A stretch of DNA of 64,000 bases from Candidatus Woesearchaeota archaeon (GCA_018657385.1 JABHXF010000023.1:1297-65296); one strand, 5' to 3'. Counted from the first letter of the stretch, positions 12,801 through 20,681 are shown. Notes: generated by a model not told the origin, from the letters alone. Made by a program: numbers and translations.

Positions 12801-13497
12801 TAATAGTGATTGTAGCTCTGGATATTGTAATGTGGGGACTTGTCAACAACCAACTTGTGATGATGGTATTAAGAATGGGGTTGAAATTGGTGTTGATTGT
12901 GGTGGAAGTTGTTTAGGTGAATGTGATATTCCAGTTGGTGGGGAAGTAGATGAAGATTGTTATGATGGTATAAAAAATCAAGATGAAGAAGGAATTGATT
13001 GTGGTGGTGCTTGTAGTAATTGTGAAGAAGCACCAGAACCAGTTGAACCTAAGGATGATTCATCATTCTGGTGGGTATGGTTAATTTTATTATTAATTAT
13101 TACAGGTCTTGCAGGTGGAGGGTATTATTATTATCAAAGTGTTTTCCTAAAACACACACCATTGAATAAGACGCAAACAAGAGCACAACAAATTCAACAA
13201 TCTCAAAGAACTCAACAACCACAACAAGTATGGGGTTCTACAAAAAAATCTCAAAGACAAAGAGTAACTTCCTCTATTTCACCAACTAAATCAACTCTAC
13301 AATCAATCTCACAAAGTTTAGGGGCTACATCTAATACTTTTTCTAAACCAAGTTATAGTAAAAGAAGACAACAAAAACAAAACAAAAGAAATGCAATTTT
13401 AAAAGCATTTGATGAAAAACCTAAAAAGAATGAAAGCAAAATCAAATTAAAATTAAAAGATCTGGATGATAAGTCACCAAAGACTAAGAAAAAATAA
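6817..13497 (+). CDS. Giant type I membrane surface protein/adhesin (2226 aa) with Cys-rich, Ca-binding-like, Ig-like and FN3-like modules
   Basis: Signal peptide MKFKKGLILIVLVLAILIPFSLA; CxDxIDNDxDGLIDxxDxDC motifs; repeated DxTPP domain boundaries; FN3-like LNLSNETTYYWNVIAMNSVG; C-terminal TM helix FWWVWLILLLIITGLAGGGYYYY followed by a basic Q/S/K-rich tail. Confidence 0.85.
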   Translation: MKFKKGLILIVLVLAILIPFSLAEQCYIPSAKTCETIDEDFTLEMCENTVEDGGAEGKIAVDECDTGCCCEFHQLDDSYTASTGYFKETCTEISNNLFFKDIPWVTLCEQQCQELTDILQAEGGLPACMDSIDNDEDGLIDMADIDCLSKEDTSEHPSAEDTECSNTVDEDGDGLLDYFGLYEDGGSYSDYLDAGILPDPCCTKEFGVSELCDFPECDVGNNTELCTCGGNVCGFPWQIEGNEDYDYENKKDLDPYSKYVTGSYCCNGQCSFTPCGDCIEGQETFKKTAEGLETYTCECDSDGVCAYGEPVITKLGFPEYCIDSLGFDGYGMDEDEDNKPNCLDTDCFGVSCSNEPLNVENKFPGGLVIPPKTCSFDKNKYPDYFNPITAKEEPIAYYDANIETWVCCFPDSNKKSRVKDCNDDSVPDTCGECACLNSHKEAQQLTVDHVLGKQQLNISYFFACQHEDIRLKLMRCDNIPAQCGVVNGEVQLENSNLFTDISDGLTCDLLDNGIVQEDQENCLTEDGLLQPGLLTDFVGLFDNNIQTKKHYTYIMKSIYPDGIVSFSDPVHIETGNNQICFDNTGHFCIRDEDFHEDSAKYRYYCDDNNDLHGGQDADDEYICNDNEVCVEYLTGSSGKETTCQTKMPCIFCGSPFNTYGFIDNAMIDLTTFPDGFMELNKEDFNPDCTISELCYYDYTDTIKDAYEDCSRVDNCYDYRSEDACQGYAGEQNNKCLTHSCTWNATKMDLIDDLDDALSGLDINVGYCHDPDENVKNCQLCNKLSNNEVFAYCSIDMCRGFTTDDTDCYFNSTMECDSSNHLTCTNYNQGYPGNFNKIRTDCLGEYEQPLVLDIIHDQNDKPIWGTNAVKVKGNDLLGFGVCDFDESQQKCFKDGNDDNKTDPKGKKGSDITPPVTEVIAPANSDKIELKFAINDPIVDGRYHSDPEDIKTYYCFPSDNHIPEVIQDGLMEGNLPGYSDFESYNYDGDGFLTEKELGECYPNNLYKPDEDPLIPNGNGYHKVFYYSIDEAKNIEEVKSFLFNVDIKPPEITITPYVTNDLSAPYDDTQILFSVELDESAKECYDIFEDYVGVKEINYEGGQYFQAKYTGLKDASYLYTVVCTDFLDNTINKSITVKIDADQEIQSPQPTGVLDYSPVNLEIITLKQGDCRFGQSSTFALLTSFGEPEQISTGPSLYKYTHQLSLEEQGLQKYRVMCQFPGLSGEREDEIQFVLDTTPPTTRLTDPKGNDFNTSQWYSGEHSGDMAYLQCVDEPEFGFGCDELQTHYCLQKGSLKCPTRLEFPGQEKDTSYPLYTPVNIPNIPDEQWLCYHSGELTDNNMGGLIEDKTCVKLLMDSSQGPDINVPLLKQYTDLTNPFFYGSPVLEQGITVAFLLEGEVIDGDAATSPPDNKLNIQVYPLSEDYLVGVALLTALTEEIALLEENQEFEIGDLGASELFEDIPSNNAFSQEINLMPGLNKILLEAVDRSGEWTSKEYYIMVSPFNGELLEILEPPKGVSKEKEFDLIVKTSDDLPPPEKCMLSQNKNIGYNYEMEQIEPRKFKNHFNLSGMISGIYYTTFIRCDFPGGISDETFVDIIWDNSAPAIAKFFINPSDGKEPPAVVEPPFVTNLTVVTDDKTRCKYSKTPGTDYFSMTPFDDYETKNLSYVNEHKLTNLIDGQQYTYYVRCDNGPTEPASTHISEESVLTFMVDTTQFTGFELITPEKFTSDTSIDFELHTTKQASDCTFGPEEETVDLYLMETVASGVDAFKVHYGGPISLLEGEHTFYFKCLTLSEGHVMDNYKFSIDVTPPSLAIKTDPYTSSLSTLSASWEGEEEYSEVEEYNYSIGTEPGLANIYEWDNTADLNEKENNLNLSNETTYYWNVIAMNSVGLWSDIVSSNGTYVDSTYNPGYETFEDNVAVCANSIKDLGESDLDCGGNCGSCSNGKNCEVNNDCVSSQCISGICVGSSCDDGILNQQEADIDCGGPCISCDNGMDCDVNSDCSSGYCNVGTCQQPTCDDGIKNGVEIGVDCGGSCLGECDIPVGGEVDEDCYDGIKNQDEEGIDCGGACSNCEEAPEPVEPKDDSSFWWVWLILLLIITGLAGGGYYYYQSVFLKHTPLNKTQTRAQQIQQSQRTQQPQQVWGSTKKSQRQRVTSSISPTKSTLQSISQSLGATSNTFSKPSYSKRRQQKQNKRNAILKAFDEKPKKNESKIKLKLKDLDDKSPKTKKK
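12568..13023 (+). repeat. Four Cys-rich CxDGIKNxxExxxDCGGxC repeats within the giant protein
   Basis: Units start at 12568, 12712, 12856 (144-bp/48-aa period) and 12958. Confidence 0.85.
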
Positions 13498-13522
13498 TTA
13501 AAATATATAGAAGGTGTAAAAC

Positions 13523-13993
13523 ATGAAATCACAAGTTCAACAAATGTTTTTTTATATTTTGGCATTATTTGTAATTGGAATGATTTTATTATTGGGGATT
13601 AAGTATGTTGGAAAAATAGTAGAACAAATAGAAACAATTGATTTAGTAGAATTTAAGACTAGCTTAATTGATGATTCCGATGTTATGTTATCTAAATATG
13701 GTAGTTGGCAGAAAAAGTCATATACTGTTCCAGAAGGTGTTAAAAAAGTATGTTTTTTCACGATTAATGAAGATCAACACCCCTGTGTTGGAGATTTAGA
13801 TTTTATCATGTGCGATGCATGGAACGACGGGACACAAAATGTCATGACTATTCCTTGGTCAGATACTTCAATAAACCTTACAAAGATGACTGTTGATAGT
13901 ACAAAAGATTATTTGTGTTTTGATGCTATTGACAGAAAAATTACAATTAGGATGACAGGTAAAGGTAATGGTGTTTTAATATCAGTGCCATAA
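13523..13993 (+). CDS. Pilin-like protein, class III signal peptide (156 aa)
   Basis: MKS|QVQQMFFYILALFVIGMILLLGIKY; GAAGGTG RBS-like sequence upstream; 4 Cys in the globular part. Confidence 0.7.
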   Translation: MKSQVQQMFFYILALFVIGMILLLGIKYVGKIVEQIETIDLVEFKTSLIDDSDVMLSKYGSWQKKSYTVPEGVKKVCFFTINEDQHPCVGDLDFIMCDAWNDGTQNVMTIPWSDTSINLTKMTVDSTKDYLCFDAIDRKITIRMTGKGNGVLISVP

Positions 13994-14106
13994 CCTTATT
14001 ATATGTAATTTAATTGTGCTTAATTTAATTATCTCTATTTTTGTCATGCACAATTTAATTATGTATTGTTATTAATATTATTAAGACTAGAAAAACTAAA
14101 TACAAA

Positions 14107-15189
14107 ATGAAGCATTCTAAAAAAGCGGTAATTGAAATGCAATTCAATTGGATATTTATCTTTGTAGTTGGCTCTGTTATTTTATTGTTTTTTGTGTTTA
14201 TTGGTAAATCATACATGGAAAGTTCCAATATGAAACTATCAGGTAAAATCCTATTTGAAATAGATTCAATTATGAAAGGTGCAAGTTCATCTTCAAAATC
14301 ATCATCTGAATTAGAAATACCAAAATTGGAGTTGGGATTTACTTGTTATCCTGAATGTAGTGAAGAAGGTTGTGATTCTGGGTTTGCTATTGGAAACACG
14401 GGAGTAAATAAACCAACTCCTCATGATATTATTTTTGCCCCAAGTGAAATCAAGAGTGATTTTTTATATACATGGACCTTAGATTGGACATCACCATTTA
14501 GAGTTGGAAATTTTCTTTATTTAACAAGTCCATCAATAAGGTATGTATTTGTTTATAATGAGGATTATTCTATGTCTAAAACCATGGCTGAAAAAATATA
14601 TAACTTATTTTTAGATAATGAATTTATTACTGTTGATTTATACAGCGAAGAAGAATTAATGGATGACTTTGAAGCCACTAATCATAAACATGTAAGATTT
14701 GTTTTCTTTTATACATTTGAAGATGATCTTGACTTAGATATTGGCAAATCTGATTTTGATTTAGTTATTTTTAGTGATCCTAATCCAAACTTTAATGGTC
14801 ATGTATTGTTTTTAAGTGAAGATATGGCTGCAGAAACAGGTGATTTTGATGATTCTGTTGGTTATTTTGGAAAAGAATCAATGGTCGGTGCAATTTTTTC
14901 AGAAAATCAAGATTTTTTCGTTTGTAATATGCATAAGGCATTTAATAGTTTAGAAAGAATATTTGGGATTTATAAGATAAAAGCCCTTTACTTAAAGACT
15001 CAAGCAGGTGCATGCGGTGGCATTTATGAAAATTTTGCTGCCTTTCCTCTTCCTGAAAATTTTCAATATCCAAGTAGTTTTGAAGAAGGTGATTATGAGA
15101 AAATATCTAGTTTATTAAAATCTATGTCATCATCAGCAGAAAAAGCAAACAAAAATGCAATATTTAACTCATGTCCTAGACTTTATTAA
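14107..15189 (+). CDS. Pilin-like protein, class III signal peptide (360 aa)
   Basis: MKHSKKA|VIEMQFNWIFIFVVGSVILLFFVFIG. Confidence 0.7.
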   Translation: MKHSKKAVIEMQFNWIFIFVVGSVILLFFVFIGKSYMESSNMKLSGKILFEIDSIMKGASSSSKSSSELEIPKLELGFTCYPECSEEGCDSGFAIGNTGVNKPTPHDIIFAPSEIKSDFLYTWTLDWTSPFRVGNFLYLTSPSIRYVFVYNEDYSMSKTMAEKIYNLFLDNEFITVDLYSEEELMDDFEATNHKHVRFVFFYTFEDDLDLDIGKSDFDLVIFSDPNPNFNGHVLFLSEDMAAETGDFDDSVGYFGKESMVGAIFSENQDFFVCNMHKAFNSLERIFGIYKIKALYLKTQAGACGGIYENFAAFPLPENFQYPSSFEEGDYEKISSLLKSMSSSAEKANKNAIFNSCPRLY

Positions 15190-15229
15190 CTAATTAAATT
15201 ATATCACTCAAGAAAATAATACAAGAAAA

Positions 15230-15748
15230 ATGAAAAAAACAAAATCACAATTAAAAATAGGCGAATCAATAATGGTTTTAATTATTTTTTTCATTATTTT
15301 AATGGTTGGTTTAGTTTTTTATGCTAAAGTTCAAAGTCATATTGCGATTAAGGATGCAGAGGAATTTAATGCAAAAAGAACAATTGATATGGCATTATCA
15401 GTTAAGTTTATGCCTGAACTACAATGTACTGTACAATCAACAGAACAATTTGATTGTATTGATTTATTAAAAATAAATGCTTTTAAAGCAATTATGCTAA
15501 ACACTGAAAAACAAAGTTATAGAAGATATTATGCAAGGATGTTTCCCAATGCAAAAATTACTATCAAACAATCTTTTGTTCCATTTGGAGAAGGTATTGA
15601 AGGTGGAGAAATAATGTTATTTGATAATACATATGTTGATGAGGTAAATGCATCAGGTGTAATAAAAATGTCCATACCTGTAACTATTTTTGATCCAATT
15701 AGGGATTCAAACAGCTTTGGATTTATTGTACTTGATACTTATAGTTAA
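15230..15748 (+). CDS. Pilin-like protein, class III signal peptide (172 aa)
   Basis: MKKTKS|QLKIGESIMVLIIFFIILMVGLVFY. Confidence 0.7.
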   Translation: MKKTKSQLKIGESIMVLIIFFIILMVGLVFYAKVQSHIAIKDAEEFNAKRTIDMALSVKFMPELQCTVQSTEQFDCIDLLKINAFKAIMLNTEKQSYRRYYARMFPNAKITIKQSFVPFGEGIEGGEIMLFDNTYVDEVNASGVIKMSIPVTIFDPIRDSNSFGFIVLDTYS

Positions 15749-15806
15749 TATTAATCTCCTAATCAATAATATACCAAACTTAATATATTAAACAAGAAAA
15801 TTAAAA

Positions 15807-16406
15807 ATGAATACAACAACAAAAGCACAAACAGAAATCATGGGGTTAATGATTATTGTAGTTATTATTACATTAATTATTTTGTTTGTTATTTCTGTTG
15901 TTTATTTTAAACCAGTAGACGATCCTTTAAACAGCTTTATCCAGAAAGATCTTTCAACAGGTATAATCAGTGCTATGTTAAAAACAGATTCAGGATGTAC
16001 AAAAGATACCACACTAGAAGATTTGTTTATAGACATTACTAAAACTCCACTTGGTACAATTCAATGTACTTCTGAATTAACTAATGTTTTAAGTGCAAGA
16101 TATCCAGATAATGAATTTTGTCAAGATATTATTATGAGCCGAGGTGCTCTAGAGTGTGGTGTTTCTCAAATCTTGTATACTTTACAAATAGACATTAATC
16201 GGCCATATCATTTTAAGGTCAAAAGTAATGATAATAAATTTCTAGAAACAGATGGTCTTATTCCTTTTCCACCAAGTAAATATTTAGAAGAAGAATTTTC
16301 AAGGGCAACAAGTGTTGATGTTACTCCATATTCATTACCTCTTTATCCTAGTATCGATGTTTTAGAAATTTGGTTGTGTATAGGTGGTGAATGTCCAAAT
16401 ATTTAA
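15807..16406 (+). CDS. Pilin-like protein, class III signal peptide (199 aa)
   Basis: MNTTTKA|QTEIMGLMIIVVIITLIILFVI. Confidence 0.7.
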   Translation: MNTTTKAQTEIMGLMIIVVIITLIILFVISVVYFKPVDDPLNSFIQKDLSTGIISAMLKTDSGCTKDTTLEDLFIDITKTPLGTIQCTSELTNVLSARYPDNEFCQDIIMSRGALECGVSQILYTLQIDINRPYHFKVKSNDNKFLETDGLIPFPPSKYLEEEFSRATSVDVTPYSLPLYPSIDVLEIWLCIGGECPNI

Positions 16407-16469
16407 TATTTGTTTTAATTAAGACTTGTTTTAATTAAAATGGTTATTTAAGTTAAAGTATACATAATA

Positions 16470-16556
16470 TTTATATATAAGGATGGTAATAATAAGGATA
16501 TAACATGGATTATTATAATATTTAATAAACATAAATAAACATAACAAATGAGGTGA
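16470..16556 (+). promoter_or_regulatory. TATA box and Shine-Dalgarno of the small pilin gene
   Basis: TTTATATATAA at 16470-16480; GAGGTGA at 16550-16556, 4 nt before ATG 16561. Confidence 0.6.
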
Positions 16557-16560
16557 AAAA

Positions 16561-16839
16561 ATGTTTAAAAAAGGAGATATATCACTTAATATGATTATTA
16601 TTGCAATAATTGCATTATTGGTGTTAGTTATTATTGCAGCTGTATTTACAGGTAGATTAGCAATGTTTAATGTTGGGATATCTGATTGTAATTCAATTAA
16701 AAATGCACAATGTATTTTTGAATGTGGTGATGGTTTTGTGGCACATCCAACAGGTAAATGTTTAGATGATGGAAAGAAAGTTCCAGATGTAAAATGTTGT
16801 ATTCCTGTGGATTATTCAGAAATAGATGAATATTCTTGA
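16561..16839 (+). CDS. Small type IV pilin-like protein (92 aa), candidate major pilin
   Basis: MFKKG|DISLNMIIIAIIALLVLVIIAAVFTG; short head with 6 Cys; own promoter, RBS and T-rich terminator. Confidence 0.75.
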   Translation: MFKKGDISLNMIIIAIIALLVLVIIAAVFTGRLAMFNVGISDCNSIKNAQCIFECGDGFVAHPTGKCLDDGKKVPDVKCCIPVDYSEIDEYS

Positions 16840-16880
16840 TTGTTTTTTTCTTTTATTCTATTTTATTTAATTCTTTTTTA
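16840..16880 (+). terminator. Oligo-T archaeal terminator
   Basis: ttgtttttttcttttattctattttattt directly after the stop codon. Confidence 0.55.
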
Positions 16881-16948
16881 ACAATTTTCAATAAATTTTA
16901 ATTATTTGTTACTTTAATTTTAAATACTACCTCTATTTCCCTTATTGG

Positions 16949-17836
16949 ATGAAAAGAAAAGTAATCACACTTTCTGATACTACATTTGTTATAACCTTAC
17001 CATTAGACTGGATAAGAAAATATGATATTAAAAAAGGTGATTATATTGATTTAAGTCAAATTAATGATGATTTATTGGTTAGTGTTGACTCAATACCATT
17101 AAAAAAGAATATTAAGATTGATATCTCTAATTTAACAGAACGTGTGATTAGGTGGCAATTATCAGCATTGCATAAATCAGGTTATGACCATATTGAAATT
17201 TTATATGCTAACAAAGATCAGGAAAAACTCATATATGAATTAATGAAGAATTTGTTTACTGGTTTTAACATTCTTTCTGAAACAGCTAATTGTTTAATAT
17301 TAAGATCAATTGCTAAAGAAGATAAGCAGGAATTTGATGCTGCTTTGAGAAGAGCATTTAGAATCACTTTGTTAATGGGTAATGAATTACTTGATTGTTT
17401 TAAAAAAAGAGAAATTAATGAACATATTAAAGAAAAAGAATTAATTAATAACCAATTAACTAATTTTTGTCAAAGATTAATAAATAAACATAATTATGGT
17501 GGCAATAAAGCTACCTTTCTTTATGCAATTATTTGGAATTTAGAAAAAGTATGTGATAACTATAAATATATTTTTGATACTATCAATACAATTGAAGATC
17601 TAATTGAACCAAATATATTAGAGGTATTTGAATTAATTAATGAATATTTAAATGATTATTACAACTTATTTTATGAATTTGAATTAACAAAGTTAAATAA
17701 AATTAATCAAAAACAAAATCTCATCAAAGAAAAGATTAAAAATATTCAGAAAAAAGATGAAATATTAAATCATTTGCAGGTATTAATGACTCAGATTACA
17801 GATTTTTCAGCTTCAATAATTGCCTTGAATAGTTGA
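16949..17836 (+). CDS. AbrB/SpoVT-PhoU family phosphate-uptake regulator
   Basis: N-terminal RKVITLSDTTFVITLPLDWIRKYDIKKGD (AbrB-like); helical PhoU-like C-terminus with LEKVCD. Confidence 0.8.
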   Translation: MKRKVITLSDTTFVITLPLDWIRKYDIKKGDYIDLSQINDDLLVSVDSIPLKKNIKIDISNLTERVIRWQLSALHKSGYDHIEILYANKDQEKLIYELMKNLFTGFNILSETANCLILRSIAKEDKQEFDAALRRAFRITLLMGNELLDCFKKREINEHIKEKELINNQLTNFCQRLINKHNYGGNKATFLYAIIWNLEKVCDNYKYIFDTINTIEDLIEPNILEVFELINEYLNDYYNLFYEFELTKLNKINQKQNLIKEKIKNIQKKDEILNHLQVLMTQITDFSASIIALNS

Positions 17837-17865
17837 CTAGACAATTTTAAACTGGCAAATTTTGA

Positions 17866-18282
17866 TTATCTTTTTGCATTTATGCAAAGTTTTACACCAC
17901 ATGCTAAGCATTTTTTGAATAAATAGGTGCCTTCTCTTATTAATTTAGTCTCTGGTTTTCCACATTCTTCACAAAATACATATTCTACTGCATATTTTTC
18001 TATTTTTTCATTAATTCTACTTGCTGGAACTTTAGCACCAAAAATAATTCCATTTTTTTTCAAATCTCCTGGTGTTGCAAGTTCTTTTAGAATAAATTTA
18101 AACATATGTTCTACTGGCCTATTGAATGTTTGAGCAATTTGATGGAAATTACTAATGATTGTTGTATTTCCTTGTATGTGTCCTCTTACTTTTGGAACTT
18201 CAAATCTAGTTTTAATATCCCTTATTTCTGGCAATTTTTTATATGCGCCTTCTAACATATCTTCATAATTGTTTGAACTCAT
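17866..18282 (-). CDS. eif2b: Translation initiation factor aIF-2 beta subunit
   Basis: RFEVP, GNTTIISNF, KELATPG, zinc finger CEECGKPET...CLACG. Confidence 0.95.
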   Translation of the reverse strand: MSSNNYEDMLEGAYKKLPEIRDIKTRFEVPKVRGHIQGNTTIISNFHQIAQTFNRPVEHMFKFILKELATPGDLKKNGIIFGAKVPASRINEKIEKYAVEYVFCEECGKPETKLIREGTYLFKKCLACGVKLCINAKR

Positions 18283-18306
18283 TTTATACTAAGGTGCAAA
18301 GGTTGC

Positions 18307-18335
18307 TTTATAAATCTTTTCAAAAGATTTATAAA
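18307..18335. promoter_or_regulatory. Back-to-back divergent BRE-TATA promoters forming a perfect inverted repeat
   Basis: TTTATAAATCTTTT-C-AAAAGATTTATAAA; each TATA lies ~24 nt from the ATG of its gene. Confidence 0.7.
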
Positions 18336-18359
18336 ATAGCTTCTTGGTAATACAAGTAT

Positions 18360-19208
18360 ATGGTACTAGATATGTTAATAAACCCAGTACAGGCTGAGAA
18401 AAGACCTTGGCAGATGTTTTTTTTGGGAATTTTATTCTCATCATTAGCAATCATACTTAGTATTATTATTTTTTCTAAACATAGTTCTTTAGTGATGGTT
18501 TTTCTTACAGTTTTAGCAAGTTTTCCAATCATTTACAAAACAATTAAATTAGAAGAATACAAAGATGAGCAAGATCATTCAGAAACTTTTTTATTAAAAG
18601 AACATGCCCGAGCATTAGAGGTATTTATGTTTCTTTTTGTTGGTATTTTGGTATCTTGTACAATCTGGTTTGTATTTTTGCCAGCAGGTTATACAGCCCA
18701 AGTTTTTGGTGTACAAGCAGACACAATTAATACAATTAATACTGTTTATTTAGGTAATGCTATTAGTAACTCTGCATTTTTAACAATATTAACAAATAAT
18801 TTAAGAGTATTATCTATTTGTATCTTATTTTCTTTTTTGTATGGTGTTGGTGCATTATTTATTTTAACATGGAATGCAACAGTTATTGCAACTGCAGCAG
18901 GAATTTTTATTAGGGAAAACTTATCTACTTTAGGTTCAAGTATTGGGGCAATTTCAGTAGCCAAGTATTTTCATCTATTTTCTTTAGGAATATTAAAATA
19001 TATGGTACATGGTGTTTTTGAAATAATGGCCTATTTTGTTGCTGCTTTGGCTGGTGGTATAATCTCTGTTGCAGTAATTAGGCATGTTTTCGGATCTAAG
19101 AAATTTGAACGAATTATTTTTGATGTTTCAGAGTTATTAATCATTTCCATTGCACTTATAGCTATTTCTGCAGTTATTGAGGTATTTATTACACCAATAT
19201 TATTTTAA
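18360..19208 (+). CDS. SpoIIM/DUF95 family integral membrane protein
   Basis: Multiple TM helices; ILTNNLRV, WNA, HGVFEIMAY and AVIEVFITP motifs typical of the family. Confidence 0.85.
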   Translation: MVLDMLINPVQAEKRPWQMFFLGILFSSLAIILSIIIFSKHSSLVMVFLTVLASFPIIYKTIKLEEYKDEQDHSETFLLKEHARALEVFMFLFVGILVSCTIWFVFLPAGYTAQVFGVQADTINTINTVYLGNAISNSAFLTILTNNLRVLSICILFSFLYGVGALFILTWNATVIATAAGIFIRENLSTLGSSIGAISVAKYFHLFSLGILKYMVHGVFEIMAYFVAALAGGIISVAVIRHVFGSKKFERIIFDVSELLIISIALIAISAVIEVFITPILF

Positions 19209-19362
19209 TCAATAAACTCTAACAAATTATTATAATCACCCATAAACTCTCATATACTATTCTAAACACTCATGGGCCATCATAATCTCATATTAATACG
19301 TCTATGGATATACATAATAGAAATTGAATAAATATATATATCCTAATGGGATTTATTTTTTT

Positions 19363-20676
19363 ATGTTAGATAAAGCTAAAATTATTCAATTAATAGGTCT
19401 AAAGGGGTTAGTTATTCCTAAGGATTTAATGAGTGAGTTTAATGCAGATACATTTATTATTGGGGCAACTTTATCTGAATTAGTAAGGGATGGTAAGCTT
19501 AAATTAACAACTGTAAAAATAGGTGGTAGTCCTTTTTATTATCTTCCAAATCAAATCGCTAAACTACAGGAATTAAATAAATATCTAAATGAAAAAGATC
19601 AGAGGGCATTTAATCTATTAAAAGAGAAGAAAGTACTAAAAGATTCTGAATTAACCCCTATACAGAGGGTATCAATGAGAGCTATTAAAGATTTTGCTCA
19701 ACCTATTGAAGTAAAAACACAAGAATCAACTGAAATATTCTGGAGATGGTATTTATTAACTCATCAAGAATGTATAGACTTAATTAAAGAAAATTATTTT
19801 CAAGAACAAAAGCAGCCAATAGTGCCATTACAATCAACTCCACAACAAATTCCTGTTAAAACAACCTCTTTACAACATACTCCACACACTACTTCAACTC
19901 CCCCAACCTCCCAAATTTCTCAAACTCCTTCAACTAATTTAACATCTTCAACTTTTCAAACAACTTCAAATGTTCAAACCCCTCCAACCCAAAAAAATTC
20001 AATACACCAAACACAGATTAACCAACCACTAACCAAACACCAACCAATCAAACAACAAGCAACATCTTCTCCTTTATTAACTCAACAACAACCAAATATA
20101 CAATCAGGAACTAAAGGGCATCTAGAAACCAAAGAACAATCTGAAATAAAACCAACTATTAAGGAGAAAATAAAAGCAGTTTTTGATGATATGACAAAAC
20201 AAAAAAAAGAAACCAAAGAAGTCATTAAACCTAAACAAGAAATAAAAAAACCCAAGCGTGAAACAAAGCCACCTCAAATTAAAAAAGTAAAGTCAGAAAC
20301 AAAAGATTCTAATCAGCCAGAAACAACAGATTCTCATCAAAAAACACTTTTTGAGGAACCAACTGGTGAGTTATATAAGAAAACAAAAAAATATTTTAAT
20401 AGAAACAACATTAAGTTAAATAATATAGAAGTTATACGTAAAGATAAGGATATGGATTGTATTGTTGAGATTCCATCTCCAGTTGGTGTTGTTGAATATT
20501 ATTGCAAAATTAAATCAAAGAAAAAATGTAATGATGGTGATCTTGCAACTGCTTACGTTAACGCACAGATGAAAAATTTACCTGCTTTGTTCATAACAAC
20601 TGGTGAAGTTACAAAAAAAGCACAAGAAATGTTAAAAACAAAATTTAAAAATATGAAAATCATAAATCTGAGGTGA
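19363..20676 (+). CDS. Hypothetical protein: N-terminal winged-helix-like region, Q/T/P/S-rich linker, C-terminal restriction-endonuclease-like domain
   Basis: ATG at 19363 lies ~25 nt after a TATA box and is preferred to the track start 19324; GGSPFYY wing; C-terminal D...CKIK...LFITTGEVTKKA resembles Mrr-type folds. Confidence 0.55.
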   Translation: MLDKAKIIQLIGLKGLVIPKDLMSEFNADTFIIGATLSELVRDGKLKLTTVKIGGSPFYYLPNQIAKLQELNKYLNEKDQRAFNLLKEKKVLKDSELTPIQRVSMRAIKDFAQPIEVKTQESTEIFWRWYLLTHQECIDLIKENYFQEQKQPIVPLQSTPQQIPVKTTSLQHTPHTTSTPPTSQISQTPSTNLTSSTFQTTSNVQTPPTQKNSIHQTQINQPLTKHQPIKQQATSSPLLTQQQPNIQSGTKGHLETKEQSEIKPTIKEKIKAVFDDMTKQKKETKEVIKPKQEIKKPKRETKPPQIKKVKSETKDSNQPETTDSHQKTLFEEPTGELYKKTKKYFNRNNIKLNNIEVIRKDKDMDCIVEIPSPVGVVEYYCKIKSKKKCNDGDLATAYVNAQMKNLPALFITTGEVTKKAQEMLKTKFKNMKIINLR

Positions 20677-20681
20677 TATTA

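Noticed and set aside
13523..16839. Archaellum (arl/fla) operon
   Set aside because: No archaellin consensus N-terminus and no arlH/I/J genes
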